Shown here: piece after piece, positions 1 to 12,224 of the stretch
How the letters are laid out: each line of letters starts with the position of its first letter
How positions within the stretch are numbered: position 1 is the stretch's first letter
From: Zygnema circumcarinatum SAG 698-1b
Lineage: Eukaryota; Plantae; Zygnematophyceae
DNA: 64,000 nucleotides
Assembly: GCA_037447605.1 (NCBI GenBank)
Contig: CM074819.1
Coordinates: 1,014,297-1,078,296 of the forward strand
Reading direction: 5' to 3'
The notes under the pieces: generated by a model
Seen by the model: the letters and a program-made list of their open reading frames with translations, nothing else
Databases searched by the model: none
What the model was told of the DNA's origin: nothing
Program-made: the position numbers and the translations under genes

Positions 1-2037
1 TTTGCTATCCTTCGCGCCAACTCCTGCTCTCCCACCCTTCTCACTCTCTTCTCTCCCTCCTCCGATATGCTTAGCATCCCCTCCTATTCCTACTCCATGA
101 GTCATCCAGGCTGGCTGAGTCATAGCCCTCCCCCTTCCCCTACCAACAGGCAATCCCATTCCCGGTGATAACCCTAATCCTTTACCCCTCCCATTTTCTG
201 CACCATTCAATGACTTCCCAGAGCCCGCTCCTCTACTATATCCTGCTTCTCCTTTCTCACTTACTTTATTTGCACTTGAAATGTCTCCTTTTACCTCCTT
301 TCTACTGCTTTCTTTTTCCTCCACCTCATCAACCTCTGGAACCAGTTCATAGGCTTTGGCTTTGTCCAATGAAGCATAGCATTCAGTTTTCAAGTGACCA
401 TGTCCGCCACAGCGTGTGCAGGTCACGTTATAAATGTGTCCCAGCTCCATCTGCAACACAGAAAATAGCCAATCCTGTTCAAAGCTCCTTCTCTTAACAC
501 TGACTGGCGACCGAAATCGCAGGCATCCAGAGTACAAATTTGAAGGAAAAGACAAAAAAAGAGGGAAGGGGGGAGGAGAGAAAATCTCCTCTCACTCAAC
601 CTTCGCTTCCAATGCGGAAACCACGAGCAGGGAGTGGAGAAAGCACACAGGCAAGAATGTGTGGACTGCAAATAGCATAACTACAGAGCTGTTAAAATTT
701 GATATGTATATGTAAGAATATGCACCTTTTTTGGCTCCTGCCAACTCGGCTTTGAGCCCTGATCCTGAGAGATGTTGTTGGGATCCTTGTCTTTGCCGTC
801 CTTTTGGTTGACTACCTTCATTGATGCGCCGATTTTAGGGTTTCCAGAGTCCTCTTCTTTCATGGATACTACCTTCACCCACACGATGTCGCCTTCATCG
901 GCCACTCCCTGCAAGGCCTTCACTTTTGCATCATCCGGATCTTCTCGATTCGTCACCTGCAGTTCCAAAAGAATCCAATGAAAAGTATGAATTAAACTGC
1001 AAATGAAGACTGCCAACCCATAATTGGTTTGCATGCAGATGCAGATTTACATTGTATACATTTACCGAATAAACAGCAAACAATATTCCGAACTTTGACA
1101 CCGCTGATAATAGTTCTGATTAACCGAAAGATACTGTTGCCCGTCTTCTACTTGCATAATTCATGTGACGTTACGAGTAACAAATGACTCTGGCAGGCAA
1201 AAAATGTCATACAAATATTCCACTTTTGCGCCTCCTTGTGCTCTTTACAGAAACCCTAAAACGTCAAAAGCACGCTCTCGCCAACAGCGCTGTCGCCAAC
1301 TGTCCAGCCACGACCCAAATTCTACAAAGACCCTCAATAGAATAACCACATCGTAAAGCTCTAACAAAGTCATGCACCCAAAAAGTCCACTCCCTCTCCC
1401 CCTCCCTCTCTACTTCTCCCTCTTCTGGCCCCATACCGACCTCCGCCCTCTGCCCTTCTCCCCTCCCCACTTCCGAGATCCACTCTCCCACCTCCCCATC
1501 TCCCCTCTCTCCTCTTTCCTCTCCTCCCTCCCCATCCCCCTCCCTCTCTCTCTCTCTCCTCTCACTGACCTCATAGTCGCTGACGTGCGAGAGATGCACA
1601 AGCGCATGCTTCCTGTAGCCGTCCAATTGCACAAACAGTCCAAAAGGCCGCACGCTCCGCACTGTGGCCTTGTGAATGGAGTACAGATCGGGAACTGCAT
1701 CTGAAAGGGGAGCCCTCTCCCTCTCCCTTCCATCCCTCCCACCCCACCTCCCTCCTCCTCCTCCACCTCCTCTACCACCGCTGTAGCCTCCCCTCTCACC
1801 ATCCCGCATCCCCTCCCCGTAGCTCTTTCCCCGGAAGCTTTCACCTTCCCTCCTCTCTCCGCCTCTCTCTCCCTCCCTCAATTCCCTCTCTCTGCGTTCT
1901 CCATAACCTCCCGGCCTCCTCTCAGACTCTCCCCTCCTGTCAGCGTATGATGGAGGGCGGTCTCTCTCTTCGTCGCTCTCTCTCTCTCTCTCCCTCCAGC
2001 GCTCTCCCGCGCCGCCATGCCCGTCCCCTGCCGCCAT
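1..2037 (-). CDS. ZCCHC17: S1 RNA-binding + CCHC zinc-knuckle protein (ZCCHC17/pNO40-like); 3 exons visible (2037-1570, 957-726, 450-<1); 3' end off window
   Basis: The spliced product reads LYSIHKATVRSVRPFGLFVQL...ALVHLSHVSDYE|VTNRED...VWVKVVSM...SMKVVNQKDGKDKDPNN (S1 domain with the pNO40-type KVVNQxxGKDxDPNN motif). It continues into CTRCGGHGHLKTEC (CX2CX4HX4C). Introns are GT-AG and the frame is open to position 1. Confidence 0.88.
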
Positions 2038-3180
2038 GGCTCCCCGGTGACGTCCTCAAAACCTCCGCCTTCGAAATTGCAAGCTATGAACGTAGCGCGC
2101 TGGAGGATGCATGGAACGCTGTTAGGGTTTACGGAACGGGAAACTCAAACTTATCGGACGGAACGTGGTAACTGTAACTGTGCTGTAACTGTTTACTGTG
2201 AGTTGATTTTTTTTGCATGGAGCGGACGGGTGACTCGCCAGCATAGCACTGCAGTGGTGTGATGATGCTAGACTCGCGTGTGCTCAGACTTCAGAGAGAG
2301 TTTCTTGTTTGTCAAGAAACCCACTCTCCATTGAATTGAATTCTACAGAATTGTGAGCTCAATGCAAGTTTCTTTCCTCCTCTACTTCTTTAGTAAGTAG
2401 ACGAAGAAGAAGAAAAGAAGGTCGCGAAAGCAATCTTCACTGCAACTGAAAGTAGTTCTGATCGATCTGATCCGTCGATCTGACTTCACCCAATTGCTCT
2501 CGACTGAAATGAATGCACCATAACTTTGATCTCTCACTGTACAAAAGCACTTGCGCTTCCTCGTACCACCCTGCAAAAAGTACTTAAATAAAGTCTTCTT
2601 GGGGAACCTCCAATTTTTAAGAAGTGAGTTCATAATGAGGGTGCGTAATGAAGGTGTCACGTCACGATGCTTTGGGGTTTTCACACTCGTACACACTCCA
2701 CAGGAGGCAAACTTCACATCTTCATGTTATTAATGAAGTATTGACAGAGAGGTAATGTTGGATGAGGGCATTAGTTGGCCCAACAAGGGGAGCATGTATT
2801 GTAGTTTATTCACTCTCGGCTAAGCACAGACAGCTTCACTCCGCCGCTGCTTATCTCCTACTTAATCATCCCTTCCTTTCATAACTTTACACTGTCAGCT
2901 AATGCATGCATCGAGTGAAGAAGATAATTTATGTATGGCGCAGAGCCTTCACCTACTCCTACCCTCTACTTCTAAAGCCTCTCTACGGAGCTGCCTGCCT
3001 GCCTATGGTTCACCACGTTCTGAAGCGGAGCCAAGCCAAGCCTATGCCTTTATAACAACCTTTTCTGACTCAAATAAACCTTTTCTGACTCAAATAAAAA
3101 AAGCAAAAAGAGCTAAAACCAGAGCGTGCAACTAGACAGTCTTCAAGTGTTATTGCTTTGTGATTTCTCCACAAGCTTAA

Positions 3181-3285
3181 CTGTAGAAGAAGAAGACAAA
3201 GAAGAAGAAGCAGAAGAAGAGGAAGAGGATGAAGAAGAAGAAGAAGAAGAAGAAGAAGAAGAAGAAGAAGAAGAAGAAGAAGAAG

Positions 3286-3317
<32 letters not shown>

Positions 3318-3480
3318 GAAGAAGGGGAAGAAGAAGAAGAAGAAGAAGACGAAGAAGAAGAAGAAGACGAAGAAGACGAAGAAGAAGAAGAAGAAGAAGT
3401 AGAAGAAGAAGACGAAGAAGACGAAGAAGACGAAGAAGACGAAGAAGACGAAGAAGGGGAAGAAGGAGAAGAAGACGGAG
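3181..3480 (+). repeat. (GAA)n trinucleotide tract, about 300 bp, with GAC/GAG/GTA/GGG variants
   Basis: Directly visible; it begins a few bp past the WRKY stop codon. Confidence 0.97.
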
Positions 3481-3485
3481 TCCAT

Positions 3486-4139
3486 TCACTGACTCCATGA
3501 AGGTCCCATGGTCTCGTGCCTCTCAAGCAGTGCCAACGCTTGGCTCAGCTCCTGCGGCACTCCCTCCCCATTGGTCCACGCCCCTGCGAGCAGCGCCGCT
3601 ATGGCCTGCTGCTGCGACACTGCCTCCTGCTGCTGAATGAAGTCCGCCACTCTCAAAGTATCACCTCCCCCAAGAAAGGAGAGGGGGTCCGTACTAAACG
3701 ACCGCCGCATAAGCCTCGACTGCTGCGAAAGCTGAGCTGCACTCTGCTGCTGCTGCTGCTGGGAAGGAGAAGCAGCCATGGCTGCCTTCACTCCACTCCC
3801 TCCAAGCCGTCCCTTTCCAGAGCTGCTTTCTGAAGCACCCCATCCCATAACAAAGGGAGGGGGAGGCCCCCCTCCAAGGGGGTCTTGGCGAGCTGTGGAG
3901 GCAAGGAGACGCAGAGCTTCAAATGTTCCCGCACTCAGTTGGGGTCTCTCCATGTTGTTGTTGTTGTTGGAAGATTGGCGGATAGAGCCTGCAGGGGCGG
4001 TGGCCATCCTCTTGAAGGTGGTGGCATGCTTTGAAGCTCGGCCGGGAAGCAGCATTTGGGACATATCTCGGGGAGGGAAGGGGAGCATCATCTGCATTTC
4101 TAGCTCTGCTTGAGCATGACTGCTCAGGTTGGACATAGC

Positions 4140-4172
<33 letters not shown>

Positions 4173-5366
4173 ATGTTGAAGTTGATGTTGTTGATGTTGT
4201 TGATGTTGATGTTGATGTTGTTGATGTTGGGAGGCTCCCATTATGGAGAGAATCTGGGAGGCAGTGGATTGGCCGAGCCCCAAAAGTTCTGCTCCGCGAG
4301 CAGAGGCGAAGTTTTCGAGAACAGAGGAGGAGATGGGAGCCATGGCGGAGTCGAGAGGGGAGGGTACAGAGGAGGGAGGAGAGGGGTCTTGTTGCAGGCA
4401 GGCAGAGAGAGTGTCTAAGTCAGGGAGAGAGAGGGAGTTCACTACTCCTTCAAGGTGGTGGTGGTCTCCCAGCCACAAGTCTGAGCCATGCAAGCCCATC
4501 AATGAGCTGTTGTTAAGCACATTGTTCGAGCCTCCATTCGCCATCTCTCCCACGAAATTCATCGCCTTCGTGAATCCTCCTCCCTTGCTCTCAAACTCCC
4601 CGTTGTTATTCAGACCAGAAATGAACCTCTCCTTCATTCCCCATCCCATAGGCGAAGCTAAGTCAAGCCACTCCACATCTAAGTCCGTAAACTCCTCCGT
4701 TATTCTCAAATCTAATGGGCTTCCTGCCACCGCCGTTGTTTCTTGCACTCTCCCTCCCACTCCCACTCCCACTCCCACTCCCGATCCTGTCCCTTCCCCT
4801 CCCCCTCCCGCTCCGCCTCCTCCACCTCCTCCTCCCACTCCCGCCATGCCTCCCACACCGGCAAGTCCTAGCCCTCCCCCTCCCACTCCCCCTCCCACTC
4901 CCCCTCCCCCTCCCACTCCCACTCCCACTCCCACTCCTCGACTGAACAGTACATCGTCGGGAGAGGCTGTAGGGCTCTGAGGAGGAGGAGAGGTAGAGAG
5001 CGAATTCTCGACTCTGAGAGAGGGTGGACCGGTCGATGCAGGAGGAGAGTCGCAGACATCCGACGAGTCAATTTTGTGGTTGTGATGGCCCGGATAGAGA
5101 ATGTAAAGCTCTCGCGGATCGTCTTTGTCGAAGTCGATCGTCCGCTTAGCGGGGCACGCGATCTCCTTGTACATGGAACAGCGGTAGTAGTTCCGCATGA
5201 TGTTGGTTCCCCGGATGTGCTTCTGTCCGTACTTGTGCCATAGAAACCCATCGTCGGGAATGTCAAGGCGTTGGTGAATTCGCTGCCTCTTGGGAGGCGA
5301 GCAGCCGCTTCCACTCTCTCCGGGGTAGGTGGGCTTGCGATCTTCCGCCATTAGGAGCATCGTCAT
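3486..5366 (-). CDS. WRKY: WRKY-family transcription factor (WHKYGQK variant), single coding exon, 626 aa, with Gly/Val- and Gln/His-rich C-terminal region
   Basis: DDGFLWHKYGQKHIRGTNIMRNYYRCSMYKEIACPAKRTID...YPGHHNH is a WRKY domain with zinc finger. PPKRQR is NLS-like. There is a splice acceptor 10 nt upstream of the ATG and a likely 5'UTR intron at about 5377-6130. Confidence 0.9.
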
Positions 5367-5381
5367 GAGGTGGCAGCTGCA

Positions 5382-5412
<31 letters not shown>

Positions 5413-8400
5413 AGTTAGGGCGAGGAGAGGGAGAGGGATAGGGAGAGGAAACGCTTGTCCCGTAAAGGCAGGAGATTTTGGCAGTGGGTTTTCTGCTTCT
5501 ATGTGGGTTACCTCACTCTCGTTTTCCTACTCACGTTCCCCACTCTCTCTGTCCCTCTGCCTCCCTCTCCACTCCATCTCTTTCGTCATCTCCCAGCTTA
5601 CACCCTCTTCTCTCCTCGGTCCCCCACATTGCCCTCCCCTCTCCCAGGACCGTCCCTCTCTCCCTCTCCCTCCCTGCGTCTCTCCCTCGCTTTCCATCTC
5701 CAGCTGCCACACCATTCTCCTTCTGCTCCCTCCCCCACTACCTCTCCCTAACTTTCCCTCTCGCCCACTCTCTGCCGGCCCCTTTCCCGGCCACTTAGGC
5801 TCTCTTTTCCGCTCAGCTCTGCCCTTCGCTCTCCCTCTCCCTCTCTCTCTCCAACCTGTCCCCTCTACCCGCCCCTCTCTCGTTCTCTCCGCTGCCCTGT
5901 CGTCTCCCTTCCCCTCTCCACTCCGTCTCCACTCCCTCTCCCCTCTCCACTCCGTCTCCACTCCCTCTCTCCTCTCCCCCTCTTCCCTTCCTCTCCCCCT
6001 CTTCCCCTCCTCTCCTCTCCCTCTCCCTCTCCCACTCCCTCTCCCTGTCCCTCCACCCTCTCCCTCCCCCTCTCCCTCCCCCCTCCTCCCCCTGGTGCCC
6101 CCGCCTGCCGGCTGGCAGCCCTCACCTCTGCGCTGTCTGTCTGTCTGTCCGCGCTTTCTCTCTCTCTCTCTCGCTGGCGGCAGCCTGGCTGGCGGGGCAG
6201 CACACGGGCCAGCCTGGCCCGCCGCGCCCCCTAATACCCCCCCGCCTCCCTCCCGCCCGCACCGTACGGCCCCCCCTCCCCCCCTTCCCCGCCAGCCCCC
6301 GCCCCCGCGCACGACGGACGGACGGACGGAACGGACGGAACGGACGGACGGGGCGGGGCGGGGCGGGGGCGTCTCGGGGGGTCAACCGCCGTCCGCCGAC
6401 GGTCCACCGCCGCCGGCACAAGATGACTGCGGGCGGCAACTTTTGGCGCGTAGCAGGGAATGTCGGCGGCAGTAACGGCGGGAGAGCCGCGCGGGCGGCG
6501 GAGCCGGGCGGCAGGGCTGAGCTGGCAGGTGGAGGCGTACGGCCGATCCTGGCGTGGGGACCGAGGGGATTTGGTGGCTGCAAGTGGGGACTTGGGGGCG
6601 AAGGTGTACAAATTAGGGTACGAACGTGTACGGTACTGTACGGCGCCGCACGAGTCGGACAAGATTTGACGGAAGGGATATGTCAGCTCTACTGACTGGG
6701 AGCTAGTGGGTAGGGAGTTGGGGCCACGTGGCAGGTGGGGAGAGGGGGAAGAGAGGGGTTTGTACGGAGGCAATGTCGGTGGATTGTACGAAGGACAGAA
6801 ACGAATAACGGCTGCGCATTAATGGGTGCTGATACGACAGAACACGGGAAAAGTTTTGGCAGCGGGCAGGCCGAAATGTCGGCAGAAGATGGACGTTTGC
6901 GGAAGGGCGGGGGACCGAAATTTCATTATTTGCCAGGCTGGGGATTGGCTGGCGGGCGCCGGCCCATGATTGGCGCGAGCTGGAGGGAACCCAAAACGGC
7001 GGAAATCGGCGAACCCTAATTTTGGACAAGGGCAAAATAGGGCATAATTCGGGGTAACAGGGGCAAGCGAACTGCTGGGACACGTGGTCAACATCTGACG
7101 GTTACAACTTCGATTGTGTCACGTGGCAGGAATCGGACGGTTGTAGGAAAACGTCGGGCAGAGAAAACAAAAATGACCGACAGAGATATTTTCCACGGCT
7201 CGTTTCCTTTTTGCTGCGGTTCGTACTCTCCGTGCAGTCCGTATGGCCGTACACTGCGCATTGTCAGCTCACCACGTGGCGGCCTGTTGCCCAGCACTGT
7301 GCGCGTTCTGTACGGTCAACGTACAAACATTGTACAAGTACTGTACGAACACTAGCACCTGCAGCTACCAAATCCCAGTTTTGAGGCCCGGGGTTTGTCC
7401 TCTAGCGAGACCTGTCTCTGGGAGAAATCCTGCTGTGTACGAATGCCAGCACCTATGGCTGTCACGTGTCCCGACATGATCGTACGGCTACCGCTGTGCT
7501 GCAGCCACGCGTCAGTTCACCCTACACGACAAACCAGAAATCATTGTCCAGATCCGCACACTTCCATCCGGGCGCAATCAACGAACTTCTGCCGTCCGCC
7601 TTTTCCGCTTGCCGCCGGCGACACCGTACGGTGGTTGTACGAACACCTTACCAAACCGTACAAATACTACGCGTCCGTACACCTCGACTCGCCAAAAAGC
7701 GTTATGACTTCCGGCGCGCGTTTTTCGGCGCCAGCTGGCAGCGGAGTCGCTGCTAGCGTGCGTTTTCGGACGAATGCGACAAAACGGGGAATCCGCCGCT
7801 GCCCGGCGGGCCCACATGGCCCTAGCGGCCACCGGCCGGCCGGTTAGGGCTGACGGGTGGGGGGGGGGGGGGGGGGGNNNNNNNNNNGGGGGGGGGGGGG
7901 GGGGGGGGGGGAAGGGTGGATTTTGACTGCCGGCCGGCGACCGCCATGACCGCCGCGGACTGCCGGCGGTCGACGGCCGGCAGCCGCCCGGGGCCGCGCC
8001 GCAGCCGGAAGCGGACGAGCAGGGTCACGTTACGACTTACGACGCGCCCCGCGCGTGCGAGAACGTCGTCGCGGCGCGCGGGAGGGGGACGTTCACACTG
8101 ACAGCCTCGCTCGGGGGTGCCTTCGTTTTTGTCTTTTTTCGTAGCGACCGACCGGTTTTGAGCCGTACAAGAAACTAATGACCGTACTAAAGACCGTACA
8201 TTGAAATGTTCCCTAGTGTAGTTATTTTTCAAAGGAATAGGAATTGGGCGTGAGCCGTTTCTTTTGGAATTAATCGAGTGAACAGCGCAGCGGAGAGTCT
8301 AACCGCACACTGATGACGTCATTGATAAAATACAACCAATCAGGGGCCACCGACGACAACTCGACAGGCGCCCACTTTCGTCGTTTTCTATAAAAGAAGG

Positions 8401-9114
8401 AGATATCGCCATATCGCCAGCTGTGACCGATACATCCTGCCGGTGCCGCATGTCGCCCACGACCGTACGTATTTTTGCCGGCCAGGGAAGCTACCGCCAG
8501 GGAGGCCCGCCGCCAAGCAATCGAGTCTGCCAGCGCCGGCAGTAGCCTCTGTCGGTCAGTTCCACTACGCCGACGATATGGCGATATGCTTGCGAGCCTC
8601 TGCTTGGTTTTAGGGTTTTCTCCGCTGTGCAGCGACCCAAGGAAAAAGGAAAAAAACAGACAAACCCGCAATAGCTAAATCGAAAAACAAATTTCAATAC
8701 AGGAACCTAACATCGACCGTTTTTCCTTTTTTCCTTTCCTATTTTTGTCCAGCCGCGTCCCTTGCTGCCCGTCCCTGGCCACATTCACCCACGTGGCGGC
8801 CGGAGCCAATCGTTGGCGGTCCCGCCCCGAAGCGGCAGCCAATAGATGCGCCAAGCCACCCGCACGTGCGCCTGTCAGGGCCTGCCACATGGCAGCCATG
8901 CAGCGGCCTACCGACCGCTACCCGACAAAACAACCGGTCCGCCTGTACCGTGAAGCGGACATCCACAGTGCGCCACGTGTCCGCACATATGCATGTCACG
9001 TTATGGCCACGTGACAGGATTTTCAGCCGTCGGATCATCCCAGCGCAGCAACGGCGATCGAGACGCGTCGAGGGATGGATCCACGTGGCGAGCTAACTGT
9101 GCGTCTGGATCTAC

Positions 9115-9270
9115 GGTTTTATTAGGGTTACGGGTTTAGGGTTTGCGGTTTAGGTTTTAGGGTTTGCGGTTTAGGGATTTGCGATTTAGGGTTTAAGGTT
9201 GCGGTTTAGGGTTGGCTTACGATTTAGAGTTTTACGCTTTAAGGTTGAAGGTTTGGGGTTTGCGGTTCAG
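9115..9270 (+). repeat. Degenerate interstitial telomere-like 7-mer array (TTTAGGG alternating with TTTGCGG)
   Basis: gggtttagggtttgcggtttaggttttagggtttgcggtttagggatttgcgatttagggttt... Confidence 0.8.
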
Positions 9271-9302
9271 GGGCTCAGATTTTTTACGTTTACGACGCTT
9301 AC

Positions 9303-9576
9303 TAGCGTCTGGAAGTTGTTGAACAGCACCATTGCCCCAAAAACTTGTATTGGACACAACATGGATGCGCCACAACCACATCGCGACAATCGTTTCCAAT
9401 GTCACGCGCATCGCTGCCACATGTTTCCAAGTGACAGGAATTGTGTTGTTAAACATTTCACATTGCAAGTTGTCCAAAGCCGCGCCTTCAAGGTGGTCTC
9501 CAAATGGGCATCCATCCACGCAGCAGCAGCGCAGGGACACATCACACTTGCCGTGTTCAACAACGAACATGGGGAG
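9303..9576 (-). other. Orphan exon-like coding fragment, Cys-containing, unidentified (possibly transposon-derived)
   Basis: Stop-free LPMFVVEHGKCDVSLRCCCVDGCPFGDHLEG...LPDA, bounded by a tgcag acceptor and a gtaag donor. No partner exons identified. Confidence 0.25.
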
Positions 9577-9839
9577 CTGCATTCATGCTTCTCATCACTT
9601 CGCTTCAACAGGACAGTCCTGGGCTCAACCATTACATCAGTCTGAGATCCATAGCTTTAACCTTTTTTAAGAAACAAAAAAAATTAGATTACAACAATCA
9701 AACCAAGCAAACAGACAAAACAAAAAAATCGGTTGGTCTGGACGAACGCCTTCGAAATTGACTACGAGTGGGCATCTATGGACATAGCTTGACCTTGTGG
9801 GCTCCAAGTAAGTCTGTTTGCCGCAAACCCACTTTAAAA

Positions 9840-10260
9840 AGGGAGAGGGAGAGGGGAGAGGGGAGAGGGGAGAGGGGAGAGGGGAGGAGGGGGGAAGGAG
9901 GGTGGAGGGGGAGGGAGTGGAGGGGGAGGGGAGGGGGGGGAGGGGAGGGGGAGGGAGAGGGGGAGGGAGGGGAGGGGGGGAGGAAGGGGGAGGGGGAGGG
10001 GGAGGGGGGAAGGGAGGGGGAGGGGGGAGGGGGAGTGGAGGGAGGGGGGGGAGGGGGGAGGGGGAAGGAGTGGAGGGGAGGGAGGGGAGGGGGGAAGGGA
10101 GGGGGAGGGGGGAAGGGGAAAGGGAGGGGGGAGGGGGAGGGAGGGGAGGGGAGGGGGGGGGAAGGGAGGAGAGAGAGAGAGAGAGGGAGAGAGAGAGAGA
10201 GAGTGTGTGTGAGTGAGAGTGTGAGAGAGAGTGAGAGAGAGTGTGAGAGAAAGTGTGAGA
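9840..10260 (+). repeat. Long polypurine (G/A) tract ending in (GA)n/(GT)n
   Basis: About 350 bp almost free of pyrimidines on the + strand, with many GGG runs. Confidence 0.9.
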
Positions 10261-10353
10261 GACTTCTATCTGGAACCCTCGTACAAGATGCAAATGTTGT
10301 ATTCACAAGCTTGGCCCTGAACACAAGCCTCCTTTTTCACTCCCCCCAAACCG

Positions 10354-12199
10354 TCATCTGAAGGAGTACGTTCCAAAGCTGTGGCCCGACCGCCCTTCCT
10401 CGCAGGCACTGAGCTCCAACTTCTGAAAAGGGCTGCCATTCGAATCCCCACCTCATTCAAACTTCAAAATTTACCAAAATACTCGCATGCATTCTGCAGC
10501 CTCTCTTCTCTTCTCTGCTTTTAAGACGGGGTTGTGCAAGAGCTAATCTAGCAGAAAGAAGAGGGCTTTCAGGAAATGCAAAAGGTAGGAGAGAGTCACC
10601 TGCTGTTGGGGTCGTAGTAGTATCCATGGATCGTTCCATCCGAGCGAGAGAAGCAGACGTAGTAGAACCCCGCAATGGTCAGCCCGCAGTCTGCTCCCAC
10701 GTTCACAAAAAACTTTTCCTTCCAACGCTGCAGACAAGATGCAGCCTCTCATCTCGCCGTCATTCTTCGAGAGAGACTCTGATATGGTCTGTCTCACCAT
10801 CACATGTATATTACGGGGTTTTGAATAACAAGATAGGTTTCATGGAGTGGGGAAGGGATGGGCTTATAGCATAACTATAAGCCATCCGCTACCAGAAAGG
10901 TTCCAAGCCTTTTCTCACCATAAAGAGGTACGGAAGGCTGCTCAAATCCACATTGCGCCCTCCGTCCCTCTCCACCTCTGCCTGCAGGAGATGGAGGAGC
11001 CCCCCCTTTCAGCATGGTTGATGATTGACTGCTTCAAAAAAGCCATAGAGAGTGGTGGGAGAGGTAGGTGGTGGTCGTAGTGGTAGTGGTGGTAGTTGTA
11101 GTGGAGGTATTTGGGGTAGTTGTGGTAGTGGAGGTTGAAGTGGTAGTGATGGTAGTGGGCAGCTGGAGGGAGGAGTGAAGCCTACCTTCAGGGACGAAAA
11201 GGAGGGAAAGCTGGACCAGTACTTGAGGTCAGTTTCCTGCCTGCACCACCAAAATCGCAGGCCGTGTATACGAAGAATGTAAGTCAACGCAAAATCGAAG
11301 AGACCTAAATTGCTAAATTCCAACTTTAAACATGATATGTCGACTACCTCCTAAAAACCCAAGTGTTGTGTTCCCTCTTCCTTCGCTTACTTCAAGCTTA
11401 TTCACATTCATCCTCCTGCAGAGCTCATAATTCCATCACTCACGTAACAATCTTCATATGAGACATAGCTACCTATCCGTGAATAAATTTTCTCCTAATA
11501 ACGGGCATGTCTGGGCATACAATGAGCAATTCGAGGGCATCGGCTGCGCATACTAACGAGGCTTCCCATCTGGCAGTGGCAAAGAAATGGTTGCGGTTAT
11601 CCACTATCTCCCCCTCCCAGAAAGTCACCACCTGCACAAATATCCAACTCATCAGCAACAACTAATGACGTAAAAGTGAGGGCATAAAGGCCTCCTCCCT
11701 CAGTGAGAGAGAAGCAGCAATGGAGATATCTCACCGAGGAGTGTGTGGAGGGCGCATTGAGAGCCTCCATGGAGCCTGAGAGTGTGCCGCGGTGCAGGTC
11801 GCAGCCCTGCAGCCGCACACGGACCCTCCATGCTTCCTCCTTGGAACTTTGCGCGCCTGTTACAGTCTGCGTCCCTTCAAACGCCTGCACCAGACCCTCA
11901 TTCAGTCCCGTGTCTCTCCCTCCTCCCTCCTCCCTCCTCCCACCTCCTCCTCCCTCCTCCTCCCTCCTTCCTCAGCTTCCCCCTCCCTCCTCCTACCCCC
12001 CCCTCCCTCTCCCTCTATCTCTCTATACTCCTCTCACTTTTCCTTATCTCACGCACCTCCTCCATCTGTTGCCCGCCTCTCAGCCCCTCCGCAACCTATG
12101 ACCCTCCTTTGTTCAACTGAGAAAGAAAGCATTGTTCCTGCTTGATACCTGCCCGGGCTGCAGGAAAGCACATAGTGGCGCTGCCGAAGATGCGCCCAT
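10354..12199 (-). CDS. GID4: GID4 homolog (GID/CTLH E3 ligase substrate receptor), 7 exons
   Basis: Exons encode ...LQPGQ|AFEGTQ...WRVRVRLQGCDL...SMEALNAP|VTFWEGEIVDNRNHFFATARWEAS|..DLKYWSSFPSF|..LPYLFM|RWKEKFFVNVGADCGLTIAGFYYVCFSRSDGTIHGYYYDPNS|PFQKLEL...FR*. The start Met is my best guess. Confidence 0.9.
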
Positions 12200-12224
12200 T
12201 CAGGTCACTCTGCTGCTGCGATGA

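Noticed and set aside
3070-3526. Poly-Glu, poly-Leu, poly-Ser and poly-Phe ORFs
   Set aside because: They are reading-frame by-products of the (GAA)n tract, with no splice or domain context.
5455-6773. Many long Pro/Ser/Leu- or Gly/Arg/Glu-rich ORFs (also at 9667-10361, 26989-27756 and 35532-36812)
   Set aside because: They arise from stop-poor GA/CT tracts in introns and intergenic DNA.
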